From Treponema sp. (GTDB lineage: Bacteria; Spirochaetota; Spirochaetia; Treponematales; Breznakiellaceae), in the NCBI GenBank assembly GCA_031281925.1, contig JAITES010000058.1:1-30019 (forward strand): 30,019 bases of DNA, written 5' to 3'. Numbering within the stretch: the stretch's first letter is position 1; the number at the start of each line of letters is the position of its first letter. The notes beneath the pieces were generated by a model. The model ran no database searches. It saw nothing but the letters and a program-made list of their open reading frames with translations, and had not been told where the DNA came from. The position numbers and the translations under genes are program-made. Positions 8,748 through 16,194 of the stretch are shown piece after piece.

Positions 8748-10207
8748 TTGTTGATGATGAAGAGCCTGTCCTTGACAGCTATGAATACATGCTTGCCAAT
8801 CATCCGGACAATGATGCCGGGGGCGGCTTTTCTCTGGCCGGCAAGGCCCGTACCGGCTACGAAGCGCTCAGTCTGATCGGCGAGACAGAACCGGATTTGG
8901 TTTTTATGGATATCAACATTCCCGGCATGAGCGGCCTTGAGGTAATTTCCCAGCTGCATGAAAAATTCCCCCGCATGGTTTTTGTTCTTTCCACCGCCTA
9001 TGAGCGTTTCGATCTTGCCCAGCGCGCGATCCCCCTGGGGGTGTTTGAGTATCTTGTAAAACCCGTGTCAAAGAGAACGTTTTTCTCCACCCTCGACAGG
9101 GTCAGGGAATATTTTGGAAAGAGGGAACGGGAAGAAGGCTCCGCTCCTGCCGATGCCTCCGTCTTTTTGAATGAAACAATCACGGAACCTTTGAGCGAAA
9201 CGGAATGGGAAAACTGCCGGGAACGCTTCGGCCTTCCTTCGGACAAGGGCTTAATCGGTATTCTTGAAATTGATGAAGAAGGCCGGAGCCTCTCTCCCGT
9301 TCTTGAAAAGCTGCTTCTCAGATACAGCATCTTAAGCGATACGGGAGAGAACAGAAGTGTCTTCCTGGTTTCAGGCGAGACGGGGAGGGAGACTCTTGCC
9401 GATCAGGTTGAGGCCGCCGGGGATTCTCTTGCGGGCCTTTCCTGGCGCTTCGGCATAGGAGGCCTCTACCGGGGAACGGAACTGTACCGTTCGCGGGAGG
9501 AGGCTCTGGAGGAACTGCGTTCAAAGGCGGCAGGGCCGGACGCAAGTCTTACCGCGCGTTTACGCATTGCCCGTCTCAGGCGCAGGATAGGCATAGCCGA
9601 TGAAGGCGAAATGAAAAAACTCTTTGCCCTTATCGAGGAGGATGCCTTTGCCGCGGCAGGCGGTTTTATCCGGACAAAAGCCGAAATGACAGGCCTCTTT
9701 ACACTCCTTGTTGACGACATCTACGGCGCCTGGAGCGGCGGCGCGGAAACTTTCTGTCCCCTTAATCCAGCGGCGGAGATCTCCGCGCTTGAGGATCCTG
9801 CGGCCTGGAAAGCCTGGTCAAAACCTGCGTTTGAAAAACTCCTTGCCGAAGCCTCCCGCCGCCGCTCCGGCAATTTTCCCCTGCCCCTGCTCAAGGCGAT
9901 TGCCTTTATTCAGGAACACTATGCGGAACCCCTGCAGCTCGGTTCGGCGGCGGAAGCCGCCCAGGTTACGCCCGCGTATCTAAGCCGCCTCTTTTCGGAT
10001 CAGATCAAGACGAGCTTTGTCGATTACCTTACCGAATACCGGATCGAGCAGAGCGAAAAACTCATCCGCGAATCGGGCATGAGCATCAAGGAAATTTCCT
10101 TTGCGGTCGGGTATCAGGATCCCAATTATTTCAGCAAGATCTACAGAAAGGTCAGAGGCACAAGCCCCTCCGAATTTTCTGAACGCGCAAGCAGGCAACT
10201 GCACTGA
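8732..10207 (+). CDS. YesN-type response regulator (receiver plus AraC HTH)
   Basis: LIVDDE, VFMDINIPGMSG (phospho-Asp) and LVKP receiver motifs. C-terminal YLSRLF...ISFAVGYQDPNYFSKIYRK AraC HTH. GTG start overlaps the kinase 3' end by 16 nt. Confidence 0.93.
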   Translation: MYRVLIVDDEEPVLDSYEYMLANHPDNDAGGGFSLAGKARTGYEALSLIGETEPDLVFMDINIPGMSGLEVISQLHEKFPRMVFVLSTAYERFDLAQRAIPLGVFEYLVKPVSKRTFFSTLDRVREYFGKREREEGSAPADASVFLNETITEPLSETEWENCRERFGLPSDKGLIGILEIDEEGRSLSPVLEKLLLRYSILSDTGENRSVFLVSGETGRETLADQVEAAGDSLAGLSWRFGIGGLYRGTELYRSREEALEELRSKAAGPDASLTARLRIARLRRRIGIADEGEMKKLFALIEEDAFAAAGGFIRTKAEMTGLFTLLVDDIYGAWSGGAETFCPLNPAAEISALEDPAAWKAWSKPAFEKLLAEASRRRSGNFPLPLLKAIAFIQEHYAEPLQLGSAAEAAQVTPAYLSRLFSDQIKTSFVDYLTEYRIEQSEKLIRESGMSIKEISFAVGYQDPNYFSKIYRKVRGTSPSEFSERASRQLH

Positions 10208-10209
10208 GT

Positions 10210-10246
10210 GCAGCCGCAATGGGCGCTTTGCACCGATTGCGGCTGC
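10210..10246. other. GC-rich inverted repeat just after the regulator stop codon
   Basis: GCAGCCGCAAT (10210-10220) and ATTGCGGCTGC (10236-10246) form a perfect 11-bp stem. No U-tract on either strand, so it may be a transcript-stabilising or REP-like hairpin rather than a classical terminator. Confidence 0.55.
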
Positions 10247-10254
10247 GGTCATTG

Positions 10255-10283
10255 TTGACCTGAGACTCTCTTGAGAGTAGGAT
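10255..10283 (+). promoter_or_regulatory. Candidate sigma70 promoter for the XylF-like lipoprotein
   Basis: TTGACC (10255-10260), 17-nt spacer, TAGGAT (10278-10283). The spacer contains the palindrome ACTCTC-TT-GAGAGT. Confidence 0.45.
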
Positions 10284-10305
10284 CGTAATATATAGGAAAA
10301 CTGAA

Positions 10306-11463
10306 TTGAACTATCCGCTTTGTGTTTTGTTGCGTAGAGGCTTCTCAAAAAATCCCGCCTGGATTTTTCTTGTGCTGCTGCTCTTGTTTTCTTCCTGCAA
10401 TCCTTCTCCCCGGAGCCGGGAGGAAAACTCAGGAACGGCGGGAACCGCGGGGGCCGGAAGCAGGTCTTTGGCCGGTCAGGACACGGACAGTTTTCAGACG
10501 GACGGGGCAAAGGCGCCTTCCAGGCCGGTAATCGGTTTTTCAATCGCCACAGCTACTTTTATCATTGAACGCTGGAACAAGGATCTCAAGGTGTTTTCCG
10601 GAGCGGCCCAGGAACTCGGAGCCGATGTGATTCCCTATCTTACCGCGGGGGGAACACGGGAACAGGTGGCGCAGATAAACTATCTTGTAAACCGGAACAT
10701 CGATCTCCTGGTGGTGATAGCCCATGACACCGAGGCAATCGCCGGAGCCATTAAACAGGTTCGGGATGCGGGGATACCGGTAATCGCGTACGACAGGCTG
10801 ATCAGCGGAACGCCGGTAGACGCATATATTTCCTTTGACAGCAGGGAAGTAGGCAGGGCTTACGGCAGAGCCCTGCGGGAGGCCGCGCCCAGGGGGAGGT
10901 ATCTGGTGGTGAACGGCTCCCTTCATGATTTTAACAGTTTTGAAATTTCAGGAGGGCTTCACGAGATCCTCGATCCCCATATCGCTTCCGGCGATATTAT
11001 CCTTGGAAAGGAAATCTGGCTTGAGGAATGGAGCTTTGATGAAGCCCTGGAGAAGATCGACGGCATCTTCAGCGAGGATCTCCGCTGGGACGCTATCGCC
11101 TGCGGCAATGACGCCATCGCGGGGGCGGCAATCCAGCTTCTTGCGGAACGCCGGAAAGCCGGAGAGGTAGCCATTGTAGGCCAGGATGCGGAACTGATAA
11201 ACTGCCAGCGGATTGTCGAGGGTCTTCAGTTGATGACCGTGTACAAGCCCATAGGAAAACTTGGCTCCCGTGCGGCGCGGCTGGCCCTGGCGATTATCCG
11301 CAAGGAGAACTATCCCCCCGATCTGATGCTGGAGAACGGAAGCGGTGTACTGATCCCCTCCTACATAGAAAAACCCGTTGCGGTTTTCAAGGATAATGTC
11401 GATGTGGTTATACGGGACGGGTTTCATTCCAGGGAAGACGTGTACCGTAACATCGCTCCATAG
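10306..11463 (+). CDS. XylF-like sugar-binding lipoprotein
   Basis: Lipobox LLLFSSC. IERWNKD resembles XylF ERWQKD. Also VIAYDRLI, YISFD and IVGQDAE. Substrate not established. Confidence 0.82.
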   Translation: MNYPLCVLLRRGFSKNPAWIFLVLLLLFSSCNPSPRSREENSGTAGTAGAGSRSLAGQDTDSFQTDGAKAPSRPVIGFSIATATFIIERWNKDLKVFSGAAQELGADVIPYLTAGGTREQVAQINYLVNRNIDLLVVIAHDTEAIAGAIKQVRDAGIPVIAYDRLISGTPVDAYISFDSREVGRAYGRALREAAPRGRYLVVNGSLHDFNSFEISGGLHEILDPHIASGDIILGKEIWLEEWSFDEALEKIDGIFSEDLRWDAIACGNDAIAGAAIQLLAERRKAGEVAIVGQDAELINCQRIVEGLQLMTVYKPIGKLGSRAARLALAIIRKENYPPDLMLENGSGVLIPSYIEKPVAVFKDNVDVVIRDGFHSREDVYRNIAP

Positions 11464-11607
11464 CGTACAGGTAAAATCTTGCATCAAAATATTCCCCCTT
11501 TACGGCCCGAAAAAAGTATTTTTCCCCTTTTTTGCCAAAATTTTACGATTCCCGTAATACGTCCGCGGGTATATCCTTAAAGCAAATTTATGTCCAGGAG
11601 GATTATT

Positions 11608-12732
11608 ATGAAAAAACTATTGGCGGCTTTATTGGTGCTGTTGGTAGCCGGTTCCTTTGCCTTTGCAAGCGGCAAATCGCAGAGCGGTGCGTCCGGATCG
11701 TCTCTCATCGGTATTGCAATGCCCGAAACCCACGTTTTGCGCTGGGTAAAGGACGGCAACTCCCTTAAGGCAGAGGCCGAGAAACGTGGCTACCGTGCCG
11801 AGGTTCAGTGGGGCAACGCGGATCAGACCCAGCAGAATCAGCAGATCCAGAGTTTCCTGACCCAGGGCGCAAAGGCCCTCGTGGTTGGATGCATCAATGA
11901 CGGTGTCGGTTCGGTTATTTCCGAAGCCGCCAGGGACAAGGTTGCGGTTATTGCCTATGACCGTATCATCCCCAATTCCGCCGACTATGACTATTTCATT
12001 ACCTTCAACAACTTCAAGGTCGGTCAGCTCCAGGCCCAGAGCATTGAGACTGCGCTTGGCCTCAAGTCGGCTTCAGCCTCTTCTCCCAAGTATATCACCC
12101 TGTTCGCCGGTTCACCCACCGACGGCAACGCCTTCTTCTTCTACGACGGCGCCATGAGCATACTCAATCCCTACATTGACTCCGGCGTTCTTAAGGTCGT
12201 GGGCCCCTATCCCCGGACATCCGCGGACAGCGGTAACTTCCAGAGGATTGCGACCGAGAACTGGCAGGCTCCCATCGCCAAGACAAGGATGGAAAACCTT
12301 CTCAACAACGACGCGCGTGACGTAGTCCTCGACGCGGTTCTGGCCCCCAACGACACCCTGGGCCGGGCCATCATCGAAGCCTGCAAAGCCGATGCCAAAT
12401 ACCGGACAAAGCTCCCCACCGTTACCGGTCAGGATGCCGAATTTGATTCCGCTCTTTCTATCAAGAACGGCGATCAGTACAGCACGGTATTCAAAGATAC
12501 GGCCAAGCTTGCCGAAGCGGCGATCCTTCTTGCCGATCAGGTTCTTAAAGGCCAGAGCGTAAGTATTCCCGGCGCGGTTCTTGCGTCAGGCGATCTTGCC
12601 AAGATTGGAGACACCGGCAGGAAAGTGGTCAAGACCTATCTTCTCGATCCTATTCTTGTTACAAAGAGTAATCTCAATGTACCGGTAGACGCGGGCTTCT
12701 ATGAGGCCGATCAGGCTTCCCAGCTTAAATAG
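11608..12732 (+). CDS. chvE: Multiple-monosaccharide ABC transporter substrate-binding protein (ChvE family)
   Basis: GGAGG Shine-Dalgarno before ATG 11608. Signal peptide AFA-SG. Motifs IGIAMP...RWVKDG, VIAYDRII, FAGSPTDGNA, VTGQDAE and TVFKDT. Confidence 0.88.
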   Translation: MKKLLAALLVLLVAGSFAFASGKSQSGASGSSLIGIAMPETHVLRWVKDGNSLKAEAEKRGYRAEVQWGNADQTQQNQQIQSFLTQGAKALVVGCINDGVGSVISEAARDKVAVIAYDRIIPNSADYDYFITFNNFKVGQLQAQSIETALGLKSASASSPKYITLFAGSPTDGNAFFFYDGAMSILNPYIDSGVLKVVGPYPRTSADSGNFQRIATENWQAPIAKTRMENLLNNDARDVVLDAVLAPNDTLGRAIIEACKADAKYRTKLPTVTGQDAEFDSALSIKNGDQYSTVFKDTAKLAEAAILLADQVLKGQSVSIPGAVLASGDLAKIGDTGRKVVKTYLLDPILVTKSNLNVPVDAGFYEADQASQLK

Positions 12733-12741
12733 TTTGTCCAT

Positions 12742-12776
12742 AATCCGGAAGGGGCCTTGCGCTCTTTCCGGATTTT
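12742..12776 (+). terminator. Intercistronic stem-loop between chvE and gguA
   Basis: AATCCGGAAGGGGC-CTTGC-GCTCTTTCCGGATT, a 14-bp stem with 2 G-U pairs followed by a short T run. This is the typical position for a partial terminator or stabiliser after an ABC binding-protein gene. Confidence 0.65.
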
Positions 12777-12807
12777 GAATTGCATTTCATACATACCAGA
12801 GGCGGAC

Positions 12808-14334
12808 ATGAGCGGTGAATATATACTTGAGATCGAGAATTTAACAAAAGATTTTCCCGGCGTCAGGGCTCTGGACAATGTTAATCTGAAAGTCAAAAAA
12901 GGGGAAATACATTCGCTCTGCGGGGAAAACGGCGCTGGCAAATCCACCCTTATGAGCGTTATCAGCGGGGTGTATCCCAAAGGCTCCTACGAAGGCAGGG
13001 TTTTCTATAAAGGGAAGGAAACCGCCTACCACAACGTCAAGGACAGTGAAAAAGAGCGGCTTGCCATCATTCATCAGGAACTGGCCCTGAGTCCCTATCT
13101 TTCCATTTATGAAAACATATTTCTCGGACACATGAAAACCAGTTTTGGGATCATAAACTGGGATTATTATATAAAAGAATCGCAAAAATATCTCGCCCGT
13201 GTCGGGCTCAAAGAGAATCCGGCTACCATTGTCAGCAGGCTGGGCGTCGGTAAACAACAGCTTGTTGAAATTGCCCGCGCCCTTTCCAAACAGGTGGAGC
13301 TTCTCATTCTTGATGAACCTACATCTTCCCTGAACGACGATGAAAGCGCAAAGCTTCTCGACCTCATTCTTGAATTCAAGAAGCAGGGAATTACCTCGGT
13401 GATGATTTCCCATAAACTCAACGAGATACTCAAGATTGCCGACACGGTTACTGTTCTGCGGGACGGAAAATCAATTTCGAGTTTTGACGTAAAGAAGGAA
13501 AATCTTACCGAAGAGATGCTCATCAGGGACATGGTCGGCCGGAACATTACACACCGTTTCCCGGAACGGAATTCCGTGCCGGGCGACACGGTCATGGAAG
13601 TAAAAAACTGGACCGTGTACCATCCCGAATATCACGCCATCAAGGTGGTAGACAATGTTTCTTTTAATTTGCGCAAGGGTGAAATTCTTGCATTTTGCGG
13701 GCCGATGGGAGCCGGGCGCACGGAATTGATGATGAGCCTTTACGGGGGTTCCTACGGTTCTCGGAGCGAAGGCGAACTCTATATCAACGGGAAGAAAATT
13801 CAGCTTGATTCCGCAAAGAAGGCCCTGGATGCCGGCCTCGGTTACATTTCCGAGGATCGCAAAAACCTGGGGCTGATCCTTATTCAGGATATTAAAACCA
13901 ATATTTCCAGTTCCAGCCTTGGAAAGCTTTCGAGCTTCGGCATTGTGAACAAGGCAAAGGAAATCGCCGAGGCGGAAAGATACCGGGATGAACTCCAGAT
14001 AAAGACGCCCTCCGTATTCCAGCTTGCCCGCAATCTTTCCGGAGGGAATCAGCAGAAGGTAGTGGTAAGCCGTACTCTCCTGGCAAACCCCGATATTTTT
14101 ATTGTCGATGAACCAACCAGGGGGATTGATATCGGCGCAAAAACAGAGATATATAACATCCTTAACGATCTGGTTAAGCAGGGCAAGAGCGTCATCATGA
14201 TAAGTTCGGAACTTCCCGAGGCGCTCGGTATGGCCGACAGAATCTATGTAATGAACGAAGGCAGAATAAAAGGCATGCTGCGGCATGACGAGGCAACCCA
14301 GGAAAAGATCATGCACATGGCATTGGTCGGATAA
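12808..14334 (+). CDS. gguA: Sugar ABC transporter ATP-binding protein with two ABC domains (GguA/MmsA)
   Basis: Walker A GENGAGKST, ILDEPT, second-domain LSGGNQQKV and DEPTRGID. Start ATG 12808 follows GAGGCGG. Confidence 0.93.
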   Translation: MSGEYILEIENLTKDFPGVRALDNVNLKVKKGEIHSLCGENGAGKSTLMSVISGVYPKGSYEGRVFYKGKETAYHNVKDSEKERLAIIHQELALSPYLSIYENIFLGHMKTSFGIINWDYYIKESQKYLARVGLKENPATIVSRLGVGKQQLVEIARALSKQVELLILDEPTSSLNDDESAKLLDLILEFKKQGITSVMISHKLNEILKIADTVTVLRDGKSISSFDVKKENLTEEMLIRDMVGRNITHRFPERNSVPGDTVMEVKNWTVYHPEYHAIKVVDNVSFNLRKGEILAFCGPMGAGRTELMMSLYGGSYGSRSEGELYINGKKIQLDSAKKALDAGLGYISEDRKNLGLILIQDIKTNISSSSLGKLSSFGIVNKAKEIAEAERYRDELQIKTPSVFQLARNLSGGNQQKVVVSRTLLANPDIFIVDEPTRGIDIGAKTEIYNILNDLVKQGKSVIMISSELPEALGMADRIYVMNEGRIKGMLRHDEATQEKIMHMALVG

Positions 14335-14344
14335 AGGAGCAATT

Positions 14345-15541
14345 ATGAGCGACAAGGTTATTCATACGGCGGACACCAAAACCCTGATCAAGAACAACTT
14401 GAGAAACTATTCCATGTTTATCATGCTGGTTTTGATCATGCTTATCTTTGCGCGTTTGACCAACGGGATCAACCTAAACCCCCGGAACTTTACCAATATT
14501 TTCTTTCAGTACAGCTATGTTCTGATCCTCGCAGTCGGCATGGTTCAATGTATAATTATTCTGGGAATAGATCTTTCCGTCGGTTCCGTCTGCGCCTTTG
14601 TCGGGGCCTTAAGCGCAATGCTTTACAATACGGGAATCGGCATGCCCCTGACACTGATTCTGTCGCTTGTCATGGGTCTTGCCATCGGCGCCTTCCAGGG
14701 CGTATGGATAGCCTACGCAAAGATCCCCGCCTTTATTGTTACCCTCGCCGGGATGATGCTTTTCCGGGGACTTACCTACATTGTTACCAAGGTGAACCCC
14801 ATCAGCTTCAAGAATGAAGGCTATGCCCATCTTTCCACGGGAACACTGGACGAGGTTCTGGGCATGGGCCGTGTCGGCATCTGGTATCCTTCACCCTTTA
14901 TCGTGGCGTTTGTGCTCCTGGTGGTTTTTTACATCACCGAAGCCATGGGCAGAAAAAGGAAAATAGAAAACGGCCTTGAAGTAACAACGATCCCCATTTT
15001 TATCGGGAAACTCGTGCTTATCAGTGTGCTGGTACTCGGACTTGCGGAACGCTTTGCCGAATACCGCGGACTTCCGGTAGTGGTCATCGTTCTGGGGATT
15101 ACGATTTTTATTTTTAATTTTATCATGAAGAACACGGTTCTGGGCCGCTACATATATGCGGTGGGCGGCAATTCCCGTTCGGCAAAACTTTCCGGCATCA
15201 ATTCCGAATTTGTTACGTTTATTGTTTTCTGCATCATGGGCATCCTCTCGGGTCTTGCGGCCGTCGTCTCAACAGGCTACATGAACAGCGCCCTTCCCCA
15301 GGCAGGCAACATGTTTGAAATGGACGCTATTGCCGCCTGCTACATCGGCGGCGTGTCTGCTTCGGGCGGCATCGGCAGCATAATCGGGGTTATCGTCGGA
15401 GGCCTTGTGATGTCGGCCATCAACAACGGCATGTCCCTGATGAACCTCGGCACCCACCACCAGTATGTGGTCAAGGCGCTGATTCTGCTTCTGGCAGTCT
15501 TTTACGATGTGTACAACAGACGCAAGGCCGGATTGGGCTGA
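14345..15541 (+). CDS. gguB: Sugar ABC transporter permease (GguB/MmsB)
   Basis: AAGGAG Shine-Dalgarno. IDLSVGS, IPAFIVTLAGM, GRYIYAVGGN..SA.LSGI and EMDAIAAC.IGG.S..GG.G motifs. Confidence 0.93.
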   Translation: MSDKVIHTADTKTLIKNNLRNYSMFIMLVLIMLIFARLTNGINLNPRNFTNIFFQYSYVLILAVGMVQCIIILGIDLSVGSVCAFVGALSAMLYNTGIGMPLTLILSLVMGLAIGAFQGVWIAYAKIPAFIVTLAGMMLFRGLTYIVTKVNPISFKNEGYAHLSTGTLDEVLGMGRVGIWYPSPFIVAFVLLVVFYITEAMGRKRKIENGLEVTTIPIFIGKLVLISVLVLGLAERFAEYRGLPVVVIVLGITIFIFNFIMKNTVLGRYIYAVGGNSRSAKLSGINSEFVTFIVFCIMGILSGLAAVVSTGYMNSALPQAGNMFEMDAIAACYIGGVSASGGIGSIIGVIVGGLVMSAINNGMSLMNLGTHHQYVVKALILLLAVFYDVYNRRKAGLG

Positions 15542-15558
15542 TACTTCCATTTCTCCAT

Positions 15559-15591
15559 TTTATCGGGGAGGGTGTATTTTTCCCTGATAAA
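15559..15591 (+). terminator. Stem-loop after gguB, probable end of the ABC operon
   Basis: TTTATCGGGGA (15559-15569) pairs with TCCCTGATAAA (15581-15591), 11 bp with one G-U. No downstream U-tract. Confidence 0.4.
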
Positions 15592-15634
15592 TACCCTGGG
15601 GTGAAATTGCCGCTGGTTAACGATATGCGGATGC

Positions 15635-15663
15635 TTGCTTTTTTCTCTTTGCCGGGGTATATT
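15635..15663 (+). promoter_or_regulatory. Candidate sigma70 promoter for hemerythrin
   Basis: TTGCTT (15635-15640), 17-nt spacer, TATATT (15658-15663). AGGAG Shine-Dalgarno before ATG 15687. Confidence 0.55.
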
Positions 15664-15686
15664 ACGGAAAGTGAGAGGAGCTAACT

Positions 15687-16097
15687 ATGGAATATCTGTG
15701 GGATGCCAGCCTGGAAACGGGCAACGCGACGATAGACGAACAGCATAAACAGCTGTTCAAAGCTGTCAATGAATTGATCAAGACCTGCGATCAGGGAAAG
15801 GGAACCGAGGAACTGAAAAAAAGCCTGGACTTTTTGACAAATTATACGATACAACATTTTTTTGACGAAGAAAAGATCCAGCAAAAATACAAATACCCCG
15901 ATTATGAGAACCACAGACAACTGCATGAAAAATTCAAAAAAGATGTTCGGGATCTGTCCGTTAAAATGATTATGAAAGGCGCTTCCCCCGAACTGCTCGG
16001 CGAGGTTCAAAGCAAAATCGGGGACTGGCTGCTAACGCACATCAGGGTGCAGGATCTCAAGCTCGCCGCCCACCTTAAAGCCCATCCCCAGGCTTGA
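15687..16097 (+). CDS. Stand-alone bacteriohemerythrin (di-iron O2-binding protein)
   Basis: W..SLETG...IDEQHK.LF, YT..HF.DEE, YP...H...H..F and WL..HI...D. All expected His/Glu/Asp di-iron ligands are present. Confidence 0.92.
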   Translation: MEYLWDASLETGNATIDEQHKQLFKAVNELIKTCDQGKGTEELKKSLDFLTNYTIQHFFDEEKIQQKYKYPDYENHRQLHEKFKKDVRDLSVKMIMKGASPELLGEVQSKIGDWLLTHIRVQDLKLAAHLKAHPQA

Positions 16098-16137
16098 TTC
16101 GCAGGCCTGGGTTTATACCCGGCAGAACGAAGATACC

Positions 16138-16166
16138 CAGCAAGCTCCGCGGAGTTTGCTGTTTTT
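16138..16166 (+). terminator. Rho-independent terminator between the convergent hemerythrin and priA genes
   Basis: CAGCAAGCTC-CGCG-GAGTTTGCTG stem (one G-U) followed by TTTTT (16162-16166). Confidence 0.7.
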
Positions 16167-16194
16167 AGGGCGCTATACGCATGCCGGGCAGCCG

